Below are positions 40,885 through 51,843 of a stretch of DNA of 64,000 nucleotides, piece after piece. The notes beneath the pieces are model-generated. The model was not told the DNA's origin. It saw only the letters and a list, made by a program, of their open reading frames with translations, and ran no database searches. The stretch lies in IMG/VR virus record IMGVR_UViG_3300046777_001793, positions 1 through 64,000 of that record; one strand, written 5' to 3'. Made by a program: the position numbers and the translations under genes. Within the stretch, counting starts at the first letter, position 1; every line of letters begins with the position of its first letter. This DNA comes from a virus.

Positions 40885-40916
40885 AAAAAAGAAACCGGCA
40901 CTGAACCGGTTTCTTT
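40885..40916 (-). terminator. Intrinsic terminator after MCP
   Basis: AAAGAAACCGG...CCGGTTTCTTT with T6 on the minus strand. Confidence 0.85.
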
Positions 40917-40932
40917 ATATTAATAACTAAGA

Positions 40933-42549
40933 TTATAATGAACCACCTGTTAATGGGTTTCTCATAACAATCTTCAATACTTTAGTAGGATCTTCTACTT
41001 TGATTGCAGGCATTGCCTGTGTCATGTAGATTTGGTATCCGTTAAAGTTACCAGAAGATTGGAATCCTTGTGTTCTTCCCATGTAATCCATAGTACCGTT
41101 CACATATCTCCATTGTAACTCTTTGTTCCAAGCACATTTTAACAATTTGATGTTGTCACTTCCGTTTTCAGTAACATCAAAGATGATGAATGAATAAGAA
41201 GATAAACGGAATCCATCAATTAATGGGTTCTCAATCTCATTGTTTTGTAAGTTATCAAACGCTGGGTTCAATACAAACTTAATGTTTGCTAAGAAAGGAA
41301 TAGTGTAAGATGTGAAAGAGAATCCAAATCCTAAGTCCATTCCTGTGTTTGTTACAGCACCAAGTTCTTTAGCATTCATTACTAATCCTGAAGACATTGC
41401 TTCACGTTTGATAGCTTCATTGATCATTTTCATACCACCCATACCAGTTTGAACAATAAGTTCTCTTTGTGGATCTGGACCTTGGAAGTCAACTTTACCA
41501 TTGTAGAAGTTGAAGATCTCTGAACGGAATACATCTAAACGGAAATCAGCTTTGTTGTAAACGTGTTTGAAAGACAAGTCTAATTGTTTCCAAAGACCTA
41601 CAGACAATCTGATGTCATCTGGACCATCTTGCTTGATTCTACCACCTTTACCCCACATAAGGTAAGTTTCAATATCATAAGCAATTTTAGAAAGGTGAGC
41701 AGCTTCCATTTTAGTGATGAAAGATTTAACAAGGTTTCCATTGTCAATAGCTTTCTTCACATAGTCTTTACCTTTAGTAGCAACCATTCCTTCTAATGTG
41801 TTCACAGATGGATCAACATTTGTATCAAAGTTTTTCCAAATTTCCATTACTGGAACTGAACCATCAGCTTTCATACCACCCATTTCCATCAATTTAACTC
41901 TTGAAGAAACTGTGTAGTGTACGTGCGCATCTGCATTACCTACATAGTTGTAGAACTCACGAGTTGAATGAGTCATAGAAAGATCTGAATACTTCTCACC
42001 ATATTCTCCTTTAGCAGAACCTACTCTGAAGAAATAAGTTTGAGATGTCAAGAATTTATCAGCAGGGAAAACTCTTGTAGAGTCCAAGTTTGGCATTTGA
42101 ACTGTATAGATGAAACCATCACCTACATCCAAGATGTCAGCATCAGTAATGAATAATTCAATACCATTGAATTTATCATAAGTGATGATGTCACCATGTC
42201 CAAATGTTCTCTTGTTTAACTTGATGCGGAATGGAGTTCCATCTGCACCAATGTCAGAACCTGTTTCAATATTTTCAACTACGTATGGTAACTCTTCAGA
42301 AACTGGAGTAGTCCATTTGTACTCACCTCTTGGGTGGTTTACTTCAATTACGTTTTTACCGTTAAAAGAAGACATTTTGTACAATGGCATCTCTACTTTC
42401 TTAACCTGTGCCCATAACTCAATTGGTCCTAAATCATCAGGTTGTGCATCCTTCATCAAGTTCATCAAGTGAAATGAATCAACATGAGAAGTAGCTTGAT
42501 AACTGTTCTCTCTTAAAAAGAGGCCGTTATTTAAAACTGGTGTACTCAT
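40933..42549 (-). CDS. Major capsid protein (crAss-like)
   Basis: 538 aa; after portal and scaffold; LMWGKG...GLWKQL, TGMGG, NPAFD...IDG.RLSSY and IKVEDPTK motifs; strong terminator. Confidence 0.9.
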   Translation of the reverse strand: MSTPVLNNGLFLRENSYQATSHVDSFHLMNLMKDAQPDDLGPIELWAQVKKVEMPLYKMSSFNGKNVIEVNHPRGEYKWTTPVSEELPYVVENIETGSDIGADGTPFRIKLNKRTFGHGDIITYDKFNGIELFITDADILDVGDGFIYTVQMPNLDSTRVFPADKFLTSQTYFFRVGSAKGEYGEKYSDLSMTHSTREFYNYVGNADAHVHYTVSSRVKLMEMGGMKADGSVPVMEIWKNFDTNVDPSVNTLEGMVATKGKDYVKKAIDNGNLVKSFITKMEAAHLSKIAYDIETYLMWGKGGRIKQDGPDDIRLSVGLWKQLDLSFKHVYNKADFRLDVFRSEIFNFYNGKVDFQGPDPQRELIVQTGMGGMKMINEAIKREAMSSGLVMNAKELGAVTNTGMDLGFGFSFTSYTIPFLANIKFVLNPAFDNLQNNEIENPLIDGFRLSSYSFIIFDVTENGSDNIKLLKCAWNKELQWRYVNGTMDYMGRTQGFQSSGNFNGYQIYMTQAMPAIKVEDPTKVLKIVMRNPLTGGSL

Positions 42550-42580
42550 TTTTATTTATTTATTTAATTGTGTTACTAAT

Positions 42581-43846
42581 TTATCTTGAGAAAATGCTTC
42601 TTCCTGTTCTCTGAATAGGAGCTTTCCTAGTTGCAGATGCAGGTTTATCATTTTGCTCTATTTGTGAACTTGATGCATTTCTGTTAGCACCTTGTTCTGT
42701 TCTTAACAGCCTTGCTGTTTTTTCATTTGTTGTTTTCTCAACAGTTTTCTTAATTGAGTCTTTATAGTTTACTGGATCTGCCAATAACCATAAAGCTTCA
42801 GCTACTAATGAGAAATTTGGATTTGGTCCAAATTGATGCTGCTCTAACAAATACCCTAACGCATTGGTTGGTTTACCTTCTGCTGTTTGGTATCTTGATG
42901 AATCTGTTAAACCGTAGTATAACATATTCTGAACTTTCTCATTTAAAGGAATACCATTCAAGTTTGCAGTTTGTAAAGTTTTAATTACAGTATTTGAATA
43001 CTGTTGTTTAGCTTGTTCTTTACGTGTTTTAGCTTCTTGTTGTTCTTTTAATTTTTCTTGAACAATTTCAGCTTGTTTTGCATCTAACTTCGGTTTATAC
43101 CTTTCAGCATATTTCTTTAAATCACCTCTGTCTTTAATTAGGTTAATCTCATCTTCTAATTCTTCAATAGAATCATAAGTTCCTAAAGCGTTATACCATT
43201 GTCTAATAATAGACTCTTGGTCTTCTTCTTTTTCAACATCAAGTTCAAATGTTTCATGAACTCTTGATAATTGTTGAAAAACAGCTTTAGTATCTTGACC
43301 ACCATCTAATGCATACTTAACTACAGCTTGAACATCTTCCGGCAAAGTTTTAAATAATTCTATTGGTGCTTCTTGAGCAACAGTAGAAATTTTGCTTTCA
43401 ATGTTTGCCTGAATTAATTCCTCAAAATCATCAACTGTATAATCAGCTAAAGCTTTCCCATCATCAAATGGAGCAAGAACGCCTTTTTCAATTAAGCGGT
43501 TTGCTGCTTCAACCATAGCATCTTTTACAAGCTTTGGTCTTCCACCTTTGTTTACTGGAGCATCATCTTCTTCTTGATCATCATTTAAATCTTCATCAAG
43601 AATCTGATCTGTTACAGCTTTAACAACATCTTCAGGTGCATCTTTAAGTTTATCTCCATCTAAATCATCATCCATAAAAGATAAATCTGGTTTAGAATCA
43701 GATAATACAGTTTTAGGTGCATCATCAGCTGTTGTAACAATTGAATCAGATAATCCTAGCAAGGCATCTAAATTGTCAAAGTCCACTTCTTGCACTTGCG
43801 CACTTGAAGCTGCAGCCGCTGCTGCTTGTTTTTCTTCTTCTGTCAT
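42581..43846 (-). CDS. Acidic scaffold-like protein
   Basis: D/E-rich N-terminus and coiled coils, between portal and MCP. Confidence 0.7.
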   Translation of the reverse strand: MTEEEKQAAAAAASSAQVQEVDFDNLDALLGLSDSIVTTADDAPKTVLSDSKPDLSFMDDDLDGDKLKDAPEDVVKAVTDQILDEDLNDDQEEDDAPVNKGGRPKLVKDAMVEAANRLIEKGVLAPFDDGKALADYTVDDFEELIQANIESKISTVAQEAPIELFKTLPEDVQAVVKYALDGGQDTKAVFQQLSRVHETFELDVEKEEDQESIIRQWYNALGTYDSIEELEDEINLIKDRGDLKKYAERYKPKLDAKQAEIVQEKLKEQQEAKTRKEQAKQQYSNTVIKTLQTANLNGIPLNEKVQNMLYYGLTDSSRYQTAEGKPTNALGYLLEQHQFGPNPNFSLVAEALWLLADPVNYKDSIKKTVEKTTNEKTARLLRTEQGANRNASSSQIEQNDKPASATRKAPIQRTGRSIFSR

Positions 43847-43982
43847 GTTTTTTTTGTTGGTTGGTTATTAACTGACTATATATAATATAAACAAATTTAT
43901 TTGATTTTAAATATAATATGTTTAACTATTTTAGGTTTAAAAAAAATTTTTGTGGATTATATGACAATAATCCACAAAAACA

Positions 43983-46721
43983 TTACTTATTAGGTTTTTT
44001 CCCATCATATTTATTCTTGTTCTCACGCGCAATGGCAAATTCAATTTGCTTATTTCTTTGGTCTGCCATTAACTTTTCTTTCTCAAGGTCTAATTTTTGT
44101 TGAGCTAATGAATTTTTACTAGATTCTTTTTCCTTGTTAAAATTCATTGTTTCTTTATATTGTTCAGATTGTTGTACTTGTTTTAAAGCATCCATGTAAT
44201 CTGATTGTTGGTTTTGGTTAACATCTTGCATAGCACCGTATCCAGCAGATTTAATTTCAGCTTCAAGTAATCTTGCTCTACGGTCTTTTTCTTTCTCTCT
44301 TGACTCATGATCAAACTCCATTTGCTGTTCTTGTTTTCTTGCTTGAATTTCAGCTTCTTGCATTTGTCTTTCTTGTTCAGCTTGTTGTTGTCTTTGTTCA
44401 TCAGCTTTCTTCTCAATAACTTTAAGAGCATTGTTAAGAGTTCCAATAGAATCAGCTTGCATGATTTTACCTAAATCATAAATACTTGCACCTGTTGTAT
44501 TATTTGTCATAAACAACTGTTTTAATTGCTCAAGTATTGTTCTTTGATTTGCATTGGTCTGACAATATACATTGATGTCTGCTAATAATAAATCAGTACC
44601 ATTTATTTCAAAATTGGTTCTTTCATCATCAGCAGTCATTCCTTTTAACTTAATTACTCCTTCACTTGATAAATAGAATTGAGCAAGGTCTGTTCTCATT
44701 CTATGTACTCTTGGCATTAAGTGGTCACAGAATTGTGAGAAATAAACTTCTGTTTGAACGTAAGATGCACTAACAGCTTGTTCTACTCCTGTAGCAGTAT
44801 TAATTTGCCCCATTTGCATTCCCATACGTTGTGGTGTTAAACCAATTATTTCCATTGCTTGTTGCTTGAAATAATTAGCCAACTGTATTCTACCCAATAA
44901 TCTATTTGTTTGCTCAAGATTTAATTGTTGGTAGTGTTGGAAGTTTGTTGGACTTTCTGTATTTGCTATACTAGGATCTAACGGTAACATTGAAAAGTCT
45001 TTCATTGCTACATACGCTTTAGCAAGATTTGCTCTACCCCAATCTTCACCCATAGAATGTTTTGGTAAAGCATTTTGGTCAAGTACCACTACTGTTCCAA
45101 TCTCATCAATAAGTATATCAGAAATTTGATTGTTTACAATATTAAATCCAATTTGTGCTGGTTTAAGTAAATCTACAACAGACATAGACTTACTATTTCT
45201 ATCAGAGAAAACTCTACCTTCAATTGGAAGTTTTGCACCATACATTGTGCTGTCACCTTTGAACTGAAATTTTAATGGACCAGGTGTAGGTTTATCAATA
45301 CCAATATAAATTGGATCAAAATCAGAATCAGTTGTAGAATTAAAAATAGTTCTGTTGTTTCCTATCTTAACACCACCCCATACTTGATTAATCCATATCC
45401 ATTCAATATGATCTCCAAAAATTAAATTTTCAGCAGTCTTATTTTTATTAAATGTGTTGTTATATAATGGTTTATTATGTGTCTTGTAGTTCTCATCAAC
45501 TATATCTGTAAATACTCCACCATCTTCTCCAATAGATGTCAAGTAACCAACTTTACGTTGTGTTTTCCAATATGCTGTAGTAACACGTAACATACCAGCA
45601 TTATTCAACAATCCTGTGTGTTCACTTTGTCCTACAATCCATGAAACAATATCATGTGTATCATAATGGTTATCCAAGAAAGATAAGTGTCTTTTCATAT
45701 CAACACCAGACTTTCTATTATGCTCATAAGTAGAATCAGAATCATACAATGAACCATCATTAGGAATACCATCCATCATAAATCTAGCAGAACGTGCTGG
45801 ATGTAATAATTCTAATGTTTGAATTTGTTCATCAGTCATTATGTAACCAAACTTATCAATAACATCTGCTATTGTAAGCATTTCAATAAATCCAGCCCAG
45901 TTAGCTTGAGAAATATATTGAACATTTGGTGACTTATGGTAAAATGTTAATGGTGGATTTAATACTTCAATATCATAATCAGTATCAAACATTCTAAAAT
46001 GAAAAAATGCTGAATCTGTAATTATCATATCTCTAAATGCTAATTCTTCTAACTCATCCATTGAAAATCTATTGACATCAATGTTATGTTGTTTAGCAGC
46101 CCATTGTTCAGAAAGTGTTTGGTATTTTTTAGAATAAAACTCTGAAATTTCTGGAAGTTGTTTTATAGCATCAGGGTTTAATTTTTCTTGTGCTTGTGGA
46201 GAATTAGGATCTAATCCCATCTTTAATAATTCCTGTAACATTTTTGCTTTGGCATCTTCAATAAGAGCATTTGCTAAAGCTTCAGTTTTTTTCTCCATTA
46301 TTTCATTATAGGAATACTCATCAATTGCTCTATAGTCAATCTTAGTATTTCTTTTAGCAAACTCTGAAGTTAGTACATTTACAATGTTAGGAATAATAGG
46401 ATAAAATTTAAGTTCTAATGCTGAATCTTCGTGGTATTGTGTTAACACATCAACCATCTCTGCATATTCATTTTGTTCTGAAGGAATGTAATCTGATTTA
46501 TCAATTGTACCTTTTGCAAGTTTGTAGTTTTTCATTAACCTTCTAGCTTTACCAAAGATTTGTTTGATTCCCTGCCACTCCATCCAATCAAGATTATGTC
46601 TTGTCCACTCATCATCTTTTTCACTAACTGGTAAAAATTGTATAGGTTGAGTAAAGACACCAAACTTATTGTTTTTAGTCTTCTTACCTTTTTTTATACT
46701 TAAAGCATTAATTACTTCCAT
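43983..46721 (-). CDS. Portal protein
   Basis: 912 aa between TerL and scaffold; KDDEW, FYPIIPNIVNVL, WIWINQVWGGVKIG and GLTPQRMG motifs of crAss portals. Confidence 0.9.
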   Translation of the reverse strand: MEVINALSIKKGKKTKNNKFGVFTQPIQFLPVSEKDDEWTRHNLDWMEWQGIKQIFGKARRLMKNYKLAKGTIDKSDYIPSEQNEYAEMVDVLTQYHEDSALELKFYPIIPNIVNVLTSEFAKRNTKIDYRAIDEYSYNEIMEKKTEALANALIEDAKAKMLQELLKMGLDPNSPQAQEKLNPDAIKQLPEISEFYSKKYQTLSEQWAAKQHNIDVNRFSMDELEELAFRDMIITDSAFFHFRMFDTDYDIEVLNPPLTFYHKSPNVQYISQANWAGFIEMLTIADVIDKFGYIMTDEQIQTLELLHPARSARFMMDGIPNDGSLYDSDSTYEHNRKSGVDMKRHLSFLDNHYDTHDIVSWIVGQSEHTGLLNNAGMLRVTTAYWKTQRKVGYLTSIGEDGGVFTDIVDENYKTHNKPLYNNTFNKNKTAENLIFGDHIEWIWINQVWGGVKIGNNRTIFNSTTDSDFDPIYIGIDKPTPGPLKFQFKGDSTMYGAKLPIEGRVFSDRNSKSMSVVDLLKPAQIGFNIVNNQISDILIDEIGTVVVLDQNALPKHSMGEDWGRANLAKAYVAMKDFSMLPLDPSIANTESPTNFQHYQQLNLEQTNRLLGRIQLANYFKQQAMEIIGLTPQRMGMQMGQINTATGVEQAVSASYVQTEVYFSQFCDHLMPRVHRMRTDLAQFYLSSEGVIKLKGMTADDERTNFEINGTDLLLADINVYCQTNANQRTILEQLKQLFMTNNTTGASIYDLGKIMQADSIGTLNNALKVIEKKADEQRQQQAEQERQMQEAEIQARKQEQQMEFDHESREKEKDRRARLLEAEIKSAGYGAMQDVNQNQQSDYMDALKQVQQSEQYKETMNFNKEKESSKNSLAQQKLDLEKEKLMADQRNKQIEFAIARENKNKYDGKKPNK

Positions 46722-48946
46722 TATCTAATATTTTTAAAAGGGTTTCTTACTCTTACACTTGTATTTCCAGCATAGGAACTTTTACCCAAATTTTTAAAAG
46801 GTGATCTATTTAATTTACTGAATTTTTCTGAATTATCCAAATGACGGTCATCTTCATACTCAATACGTTTCTTAATACCTCTACCTGATTCTTGAATTTT
46901 AACAAAGGTAATCAAAGCACCCAAAGAAACCAACCTATCCACGTTGACTCCTGGTTGATATGCTTCCATTTCAATCATGGCCATTTTGTCCGGTATTCTA
47001 CTAATTCCATAAAGTGTTTTGAATACTTTACCATTGTCATCTTTCTCAACATCTAATTCTTCCTTAATAAACTCAATAAGGTAACTTAACATTGTGCTTT
47101 TAAAGATGGTAGATACGTTTCTCCAACCATAAGTTTGAAACTGTGTTTTAGATTGCTGTATCTCTTTTGATAAAACCATTTGGGTAGAAGGAACAAGATA
47201 TTTTTGCTTTTTCTTAAATTGCATGTATTGAATAAATAAACCTACGTTATTTTCAACCAATGTCCAAGCATCATACCATTGAATAATTAATTCTAATTGT
47301 TCATGGGTTTTATTAATATCATCATATCTACCACACCATGCTGCAACTATTTTACCACCCTCTACAAATGTTTCTATTTCTCCATGAACTGAACGCTGTA
47401 CCAACACAGGATTCTTGTAAACATAAATAGAACATAATGATTCAGATGTTACAGTTTTACCCTCACCTACTGGATCGACAGATGCATAATAAGTTGTACA
47501 AAATTCTCTGTCTTCATCAGGTAATTCCCATACTTGAATAGCACCGGTTTTGTCTTCAGCATTTTTTGGAATTGGAAATTCTGTAATTGGAGCTTTTTTA
47601 GTTAACTCTGCAACAACCTCTCCGGTATTAGAAAAAGCTAATTTATATGTTTGAAAAGGATATAATCCTTCCTCAATGTCACGTTTATTTGTCTTTACAA
47701 CTTGTAATGGAAATATACTTTCTCCTCTATATGCAAATGCTTCTTCTAATGTAGTTGGATGCTGTGATACACGTAATTGATAGATTTCAGGATCTAAATC
47801 TTTCTTCCATTTTATCCTGTTTCTTTCACAAGCTTCTAATGCTTCTTCTACAAGTGAATTACCAAACTCATCAATATATGGCGGCATTGACCATTGCTCT
47901 GGTATAAACATACCTGTATATGCAACAGTTCCTTTGTCATCCATGTATTTATTTCTTACAGAATAAAAATCATTTGCTTCTGGAGCATACATGAATTTTT
48001 TCAAAGGTTCACATTGATCTAAGTCACCCACAGAACCAGCTGCACAAAATAAACCTGTAGTTAAATCTCCTGACTCAAATGCTGGGCGCATGAACTCATA
48101 AGTTTTATCCATGGTTTTTGCTACACCGGCTTCTTCATAAAAAAACAAGGTACATAAACCCCCTACACCTGCTGTATCTGATTGCTCAAAAGATGTAGCT
48201 TTAAGAACACCTTTTCTACCTTTTTCAGTTTTTCTACCATTTTCTACATACTCAATTTTTTGTTGCCATCCCCCAACATTACCTGGGTTCATTGGTCTAT
48301 ACCATGCAGTATGCTCATTTAAGAAGTTTCTATATTCTTGTAAGATTTTCCAAGTACCTGTTTCTCCTGTTACGTATGCACTAAGAGATGCACCAATTTT
48401 TAATACTGGTGATTGTTCAAACCAAAGGATATTAATCAGTTTAGCAGCGTGGTATAATGAAGAACCAAACTGTCTTTTCTTTAATGTTACAGCGTGTTTA
48501 TAATTTAATTCTGCTAACCAATTGTATAATGCTAAATGTAACTGACCATCCCAAATATCAGTAAAGTCATCTTTCTTTTTCTTTTTATCTTGAATCTTCA
48601 CAAAATTTATGAAGAAATAATAATCTCTTGGTAAATACCAACTTTTTCCATTATTGGTAAAGAATGCTCCTTTTCTTGATTTTAATTTTTCAGCATCCCA
48701 ATATTTAATGAAATCTCTTGTTCCATCAAGAGCATCACAATAATATCCTTCTTTTTTAAAATATAAAGCTGGAGCTTGAAACATTTTAACTGTTTCATCA
48801 AACGCATATTCTCCAGGTTCTTTAAAATAATTATTTTCTAAATCTTTGGTAAAAGTTTCTCTTGACTCATAAGATTTGTAAGTCCATACCCCATTGTCAT
48901 AATGAGGTATGTCTTCATAGATTTCACCTAAATCATCATTCTTCAT
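46721..48946 (-). CDS. terL: Terminase large subunit
   Basis: Walker A variant LKKRQFGSS, Walker B FFYEEAG, RNase H-like ASVDP and C-terminal NVDRL. Confidence 0.92.
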   Translation of the reverse strand: MKNDDLGEIYEDIPHYDNGVWTYKSYESRETFTKDLENNYFKEPGEYAFDETVKMFQAPALYFKKEGYYCDALDGTRDFIKYWDAEKLKSRKGAFFTNNGKSWYLPRDYYFFINFVKIQDKKKKKDDFTDIWDGQLHLALYNWLAELNYKHAVTLKKRQFGSSLYHAAKLINILWFEQSPVLKIGASLSAYVTGETGTWKILQEYRNFLNEHTAWYRPMNPGNVGGWQQKIEYVENGRKTEKGRKGVLKATSFEQSDTAGVGGLCTLFFYEEAGVAKTMDKTYEFMRPAFESGDLTTGLFCAAGSVGDLDQCEPLKKFMYAPEANDFYSVRNKYMDDKGTVAYTGMFIPEQWSMPPYIDEFGNSLVEEALEACERNRIKWKKDLDPEIYQLRVSQHPTTLEEAFAYRGESIFPLQVVKTNKRDIEEGLYPFQTYKLAFSNTGEVVAELTKKAPITEFPIPKNAEDKTGAIQVWELPDEDREFCTTYYASVDPVGEGKTVTSESLCSIYVYKNPVLVQRSVHGEIETFVEGGKIVAAWCGRYDDINKTHEQLELIIQWYDAWTLVENNVGLFIQYMQFKKKQKYLVPSTQMVLSKEIQQSKTQFQTYGWRNVSTIFKSTMLSYLIEFIKEELDVEKDDNGKVFKTLYGISRIPDKMAMIEMEAYQPGVNVDRLVSLGALITFVKIQESGRGIKKRIEYEDDRHLDNSEKFSKLNRSPFKNLGKSSYAGNTSVRVRNPFKNIR

Positions 48947-48948
48947 AA

Positions 48949-49461
48949 TTAATCATCATAACTTAAACGTGAACCACCTCTTGCTCTTGATGATTGTTCT
49001 TCTTCTAAATCCTTGGCAACACCTTTAAAAGATTTACGGATATTATCAAAGTTTTTAGCTGCTTGAACAATAGCAGAAATATTACCATCTCTACCATCAG
49101 AAATATCTTGAGTTTCTAAATATAACGCAAGTTTATCAAGCATAGTAGCAAAACCATTATATGCCCTAACAGTAGGAGTTTCATATAAATCTTTTGCTTT
49201 ATCTAACGCTTTAACAATTAATGGATCTTCTACTGAAAAATCAGCACCTAAATCTCTAAGTATTTCAATATCCAAATCTTCTGACGGTCTATTAAAATAA
49301 GGATTTTCTGCACTTCTACATGACATGTAGAAAACAAATGCCAATATTTTTAAGTAGTTATCAGGATAGTTATCTATGACTTCCTTAAACTGTTTTATGT
49401 TATAACAATGTTCTGTTGCTAAAACTTTATCTCCACGTAATTCAAATAATTTAATGCTCAT
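48949..49461 (-). CDS. Conserved protein upstream of TerL (possible small terminase)
   Basis: Helical 170-aa protein ending RARGG, adjacent to terL. Confidence 0.45.
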   Translation of the reverse strand: MSIKLFELRGDKVLATEHCYNIKQFKEVIDNYPDNYLKILAFVFYMSCRSAENPYFNRPSEDLDIEILRDLGADFSVEDPLIVKALDKAKDLYETPTVRAYNGFATMLDKLALYLETQDISDGRDGNISAIVQAAKNFDNIRKSFKGVAKDLEEEQSSRARGGSRLSYDD

Positions 49462-50287
49462 TTTTCTTTAATTTATGGCGGTTAATTTTTAAATAATTAA
49501 ATAATGCATTTACTTCCTTTTTTAAATAAGGAACAGCATGAGGTGTTACAGCTTTTACAATAGGATTATTATCCTTATCTAATTTTGTAACAGGATAACC
49601 ATTTTTATCAATATGGTCAATTTCAAACTCTATATGTTCAATTTGCATAATTCCTGGTTCTAAATTATAATTATGCTTTAACATCATGAACATGTAGATT
49701 GAAAGTTGTAAAGAGTAATCATTAAAATTACAGTCATCTAAATGTGACAAAGGACCAAGCATTTTTTTAGTCTTTGTTCCCATTTTAAATCCTTCTTTTT
49801 TAATCTCTTTATTAGTTTTAAAGTCATACAAATCAATTGTATCACCAACAACTTCAACTCTATCTGCTTGTCCACATATACCTGCTGATTTTAAATATAT
49901 AAAATGTTCAGGATATATTCCAGGAACTAATGCTTGTTCAGGAGCAATTTTTACAGGTCCATCCATTAAAGGATGAATTATTGGTAAATCTAATCCCCTA
50001 CGTGTAATTGTATTACAAGACAAAATATCTTTTTCTCTTTGGTCATGATACCAAGAACCTAATGTTACAGCTCTAGTGTTTTCTGCTTTCCAAATTGCTC
50101 TAATTTCTTCAGGAGTTTTACCGCAATACTTAGGGTTCTTTCCTTTAGAACATGATTCAGACATTTTGATTTCATCAAAAGGTTCTTTAAAAAAGTGGAT
50201 AAGTCTTGTAACACTTATCCAGTCTATATTATCAGATGCATCTATACTTTCATATTTATGCTCATCTGCGTAAAATTTAATTGCCAT
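49451..50287 (-). CDS. PD-(D/E)XK nuclease
   Basis: GSWYH, PEHFI, CGQADRV, YDFKTN and YSLQLSIY motifs. Confidence 0.85.
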   Translation of the reverse strand: MAIKFYADEHKYESIDASDNIDWISVTRLIHFFKEPFDEIKMSESCSKGKNPKYCGKTPEEIRAIWKAENTRAVTLGSWYHDQREKDILSCNTITRRGLDLPIIHPLMDGPVKIAPEQALVPGIYPEHFIYLKSAGICGQADRVEVVGDTIDLYDFKTNKEIKKEGFKMGTKTKKMLGPLSHLDDCNFNDYSLQLSIYMFMMLKHNYNLEPGIMQIEHIEFEIDHIDKNGYPVTKLDKDNNPIVKAVTPHAVPYLKKEVNALFNYLKINRHKLKKNEH

Positions 50288-50288
50288 A

Positions 50289-50585
50289 TTACTTATCTTG
50301 TAAATTTTTATATATTATTTCTCTTGCCATTCTTGCAGTTTCAAAATCAGAACTATGTAACATTGATTTTAATTTAAAATACTGTTTACTAGTAATTATT
50401 TCTAATGCCAGAATATCTCCAAGATTTTCAAAAACTGTATCAGCTATTGACTTAGTAATTGATGCTGATGCTGATGCCATATCTATAGATATTGGTTTAT
50501 TCATTTTATGAATATAAATTAAATCGCTTGCACTCATTCCATTAGGAATTGAGTTTACATCTATTACAGCACTATTCTGGAACAT
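50289..50585 (-). CDS. Hypothetical protein
   Basis: Coupled minus-strand ORF. Confidence 0.6.
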   Translation of the reverse strand: MFQNSAVIDVNSIPNGMSASDLIYIHKMNKPISIDMASASASITKSIADTVFENLGDILALEIITSKQYFKLKSMLHSSDFETARMAREIIYKNLQDK

Positions 50586-50889
50586 CTTCTCTTAATTTTT
50601 GCTGTAACAAATACTCTTCTTCAAATGTAAGGACTGGTTTCCATTTAGGTTCAGATAAAGGACATTCTGATGAAAGAGAACGTACTTTTAATTTTAATGA
50701 ACATCCACAATGACCACAACAAGGCCCTGATCCTGGAACAGCACACTCACCATCATAATTTACACATCCTTTACAAAATGCTAATCTTTCTTGAGCAATT
50801 TCTTCAATGTGATCAGTTTTAAAGATATTGTTTTTAATACCTTCAATAATCTGATTTCTATTCTTCCATATTTTTATTACGTTTTTCAT
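50572..50889 (-). CDS. Cys-rich Zn-binding protein
   Basis: RLAFCKGC...CCGHCGC.LKLK.R.LSSECP...KW. Confidence 0.7.
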   Translation of the reverse strand: MKNVIKIWKNRNQIIEGIKNNIFKTDHIEEIAQERLAFCKGCVNYDGECAVPGSGPCCGHCGCSLKLKVRSLSSECPLSEPKWKPVLTFEEEYLLQQKLREDVPE

Positions 50890-51223
50890 ACAATGGTCTA
50901 TAATAATTATTACATCTTTCTAAAGCTTCTTCTAATTTAAATTGCATCTCTTTATTATAATTATACTTAACAAGTTTTTTAAAGTCATCCGGCTCTTTAC
51001 TTGCTAGTAATTTTTTTAAGAACTCTAATTTAAATTTTAATTTCTTTCTGCTAATCTTAAATATTCCAAAATTGTGAACTAAAAGAGTTGGGTGTTCTAA
51101 TGATTCAACTTTCTTTTTTAAAGTATCATAATAAAAATCTACTACATCTTTTACCAATTCTTCAGAAAGACCTAACTCTTTTGCAGTTTCAGGAATTAAT
51201 TTATTTGCCTTGGTTGGTGTCAT
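50858..51223 (-). CDS. HU/IHF-family DNA-binding protein
   Basis: LIPETAKELGLSEELVKDVVD...LLVHNFGIFKI. Confidence 0.75.
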   Translation of the reverse strand: MTPTKANKLIPETAKELGLSEELVKDVVDFYYDTLKKKVESLEHPTLLVHNFGIFKISRKKLKFKLEFLKKLLASKEPDDFKKLVKYNYNKEMQFKLEEALERCNNYYRPLYEKRNKNMEE

Positions 51224-51575
51224 GGTGATACACTTTTAAATTCAATACAATTGTTCCCTCTGTTAAAATTGACAACTCACTATTTAATGTTATTGTCTTG
51301 TTTCCCATTCCACTTCTTACAACTAAATTGTCTTTGATGCATTTTACCATAAAATTTCTTGCAGTTTGCACATTTCCAAATATTCCTTCTGTAACAGTTT
51401 GCTCACAAAAATCAGAAAGAAACATACTTCCATACATTCCCAATAAAGCAAGGCAGTCCTGTTGAGCAGGACTTAACCTTATTTTATTTAGAAAACAATG
51501 CATGTTAATTTGATATTTAATAATATCAAGCATTGTCATTGGAACAATCTTATTGATCACTTTCGCTGTTGCCAT
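51201..51575 (-). CDS. Putative winged-HTH protein
   Basis: LSPAQQDCLALL...NVQTARNFMVKCIKDNLV pattern. Confidence 0.45.
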   Translation of the reverse strand: MATAKVINKIVPMTMLDIIKYQINMHCFLNKIRLSPAQQDCLALLGMYGSMFLSDFCEQTVTEGIFGNVQTARNFMVKCIKDNLVVRSGMGNKTITLNSELSILTEGTIVLNLKVYHHDTNQGK

Positions 51576-51792
51576 TTTCCTCTGGTTTTTCTTGTACTGA
51601 TAACTGTAACTGAATGAATTTCACTCTGTTTTCTAATTGTCTAAATTTAGCTTCTTCAATGTCTGCTTTTAAAGTTTCATACTTTTTTTGTGCTTCTAAA
51701 AAAGGTAATTGCTCTTTATAGAATTTAAGCATGTTTTCTTTATATGCTTTAATCTCTTCAGCTGTTGGTTCTTGGTTGGTGTTTTCTGACAT
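51550..51792 (-). CDS. Coiled-coil hypothetical protein
   Basis: First gene after the TATATTTG box at 51820-51827. Confidence 0.65.
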   Translation of the reverse strand: MSENTNQEPTAEEIKAYKENMLKFYKEQLPFLEAQKKYETLKADIEEAKFRQLENRVKFIQLQLSVQEKPEENGNSESDQ

Positions 51793-51819
51793 GATTTAAC
51801 TTTTAAATGTTTAACACTA

Positions 51820-51827
51820 CAAATATA
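51820..51827 (-). promoter_or_regulatory. Bacteroidota-type -7 promoter box TATATTTG (also at 36155-36162 and 60274-60281; TAAATTTG at 40569-40576)
   Basis: Matches TAnnTTTG and sits just upstream of operon-first genes. Confidence 0.6.
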
Positions 51828-51843
51828 TAATTATTTTCTATAT

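Noticed and set aside
46721-48946. Intein or intron in terL
   Set aside because: Length is ordinary for crAss-like TerL; no splice-junction or homing-endonuclease motifs were seen
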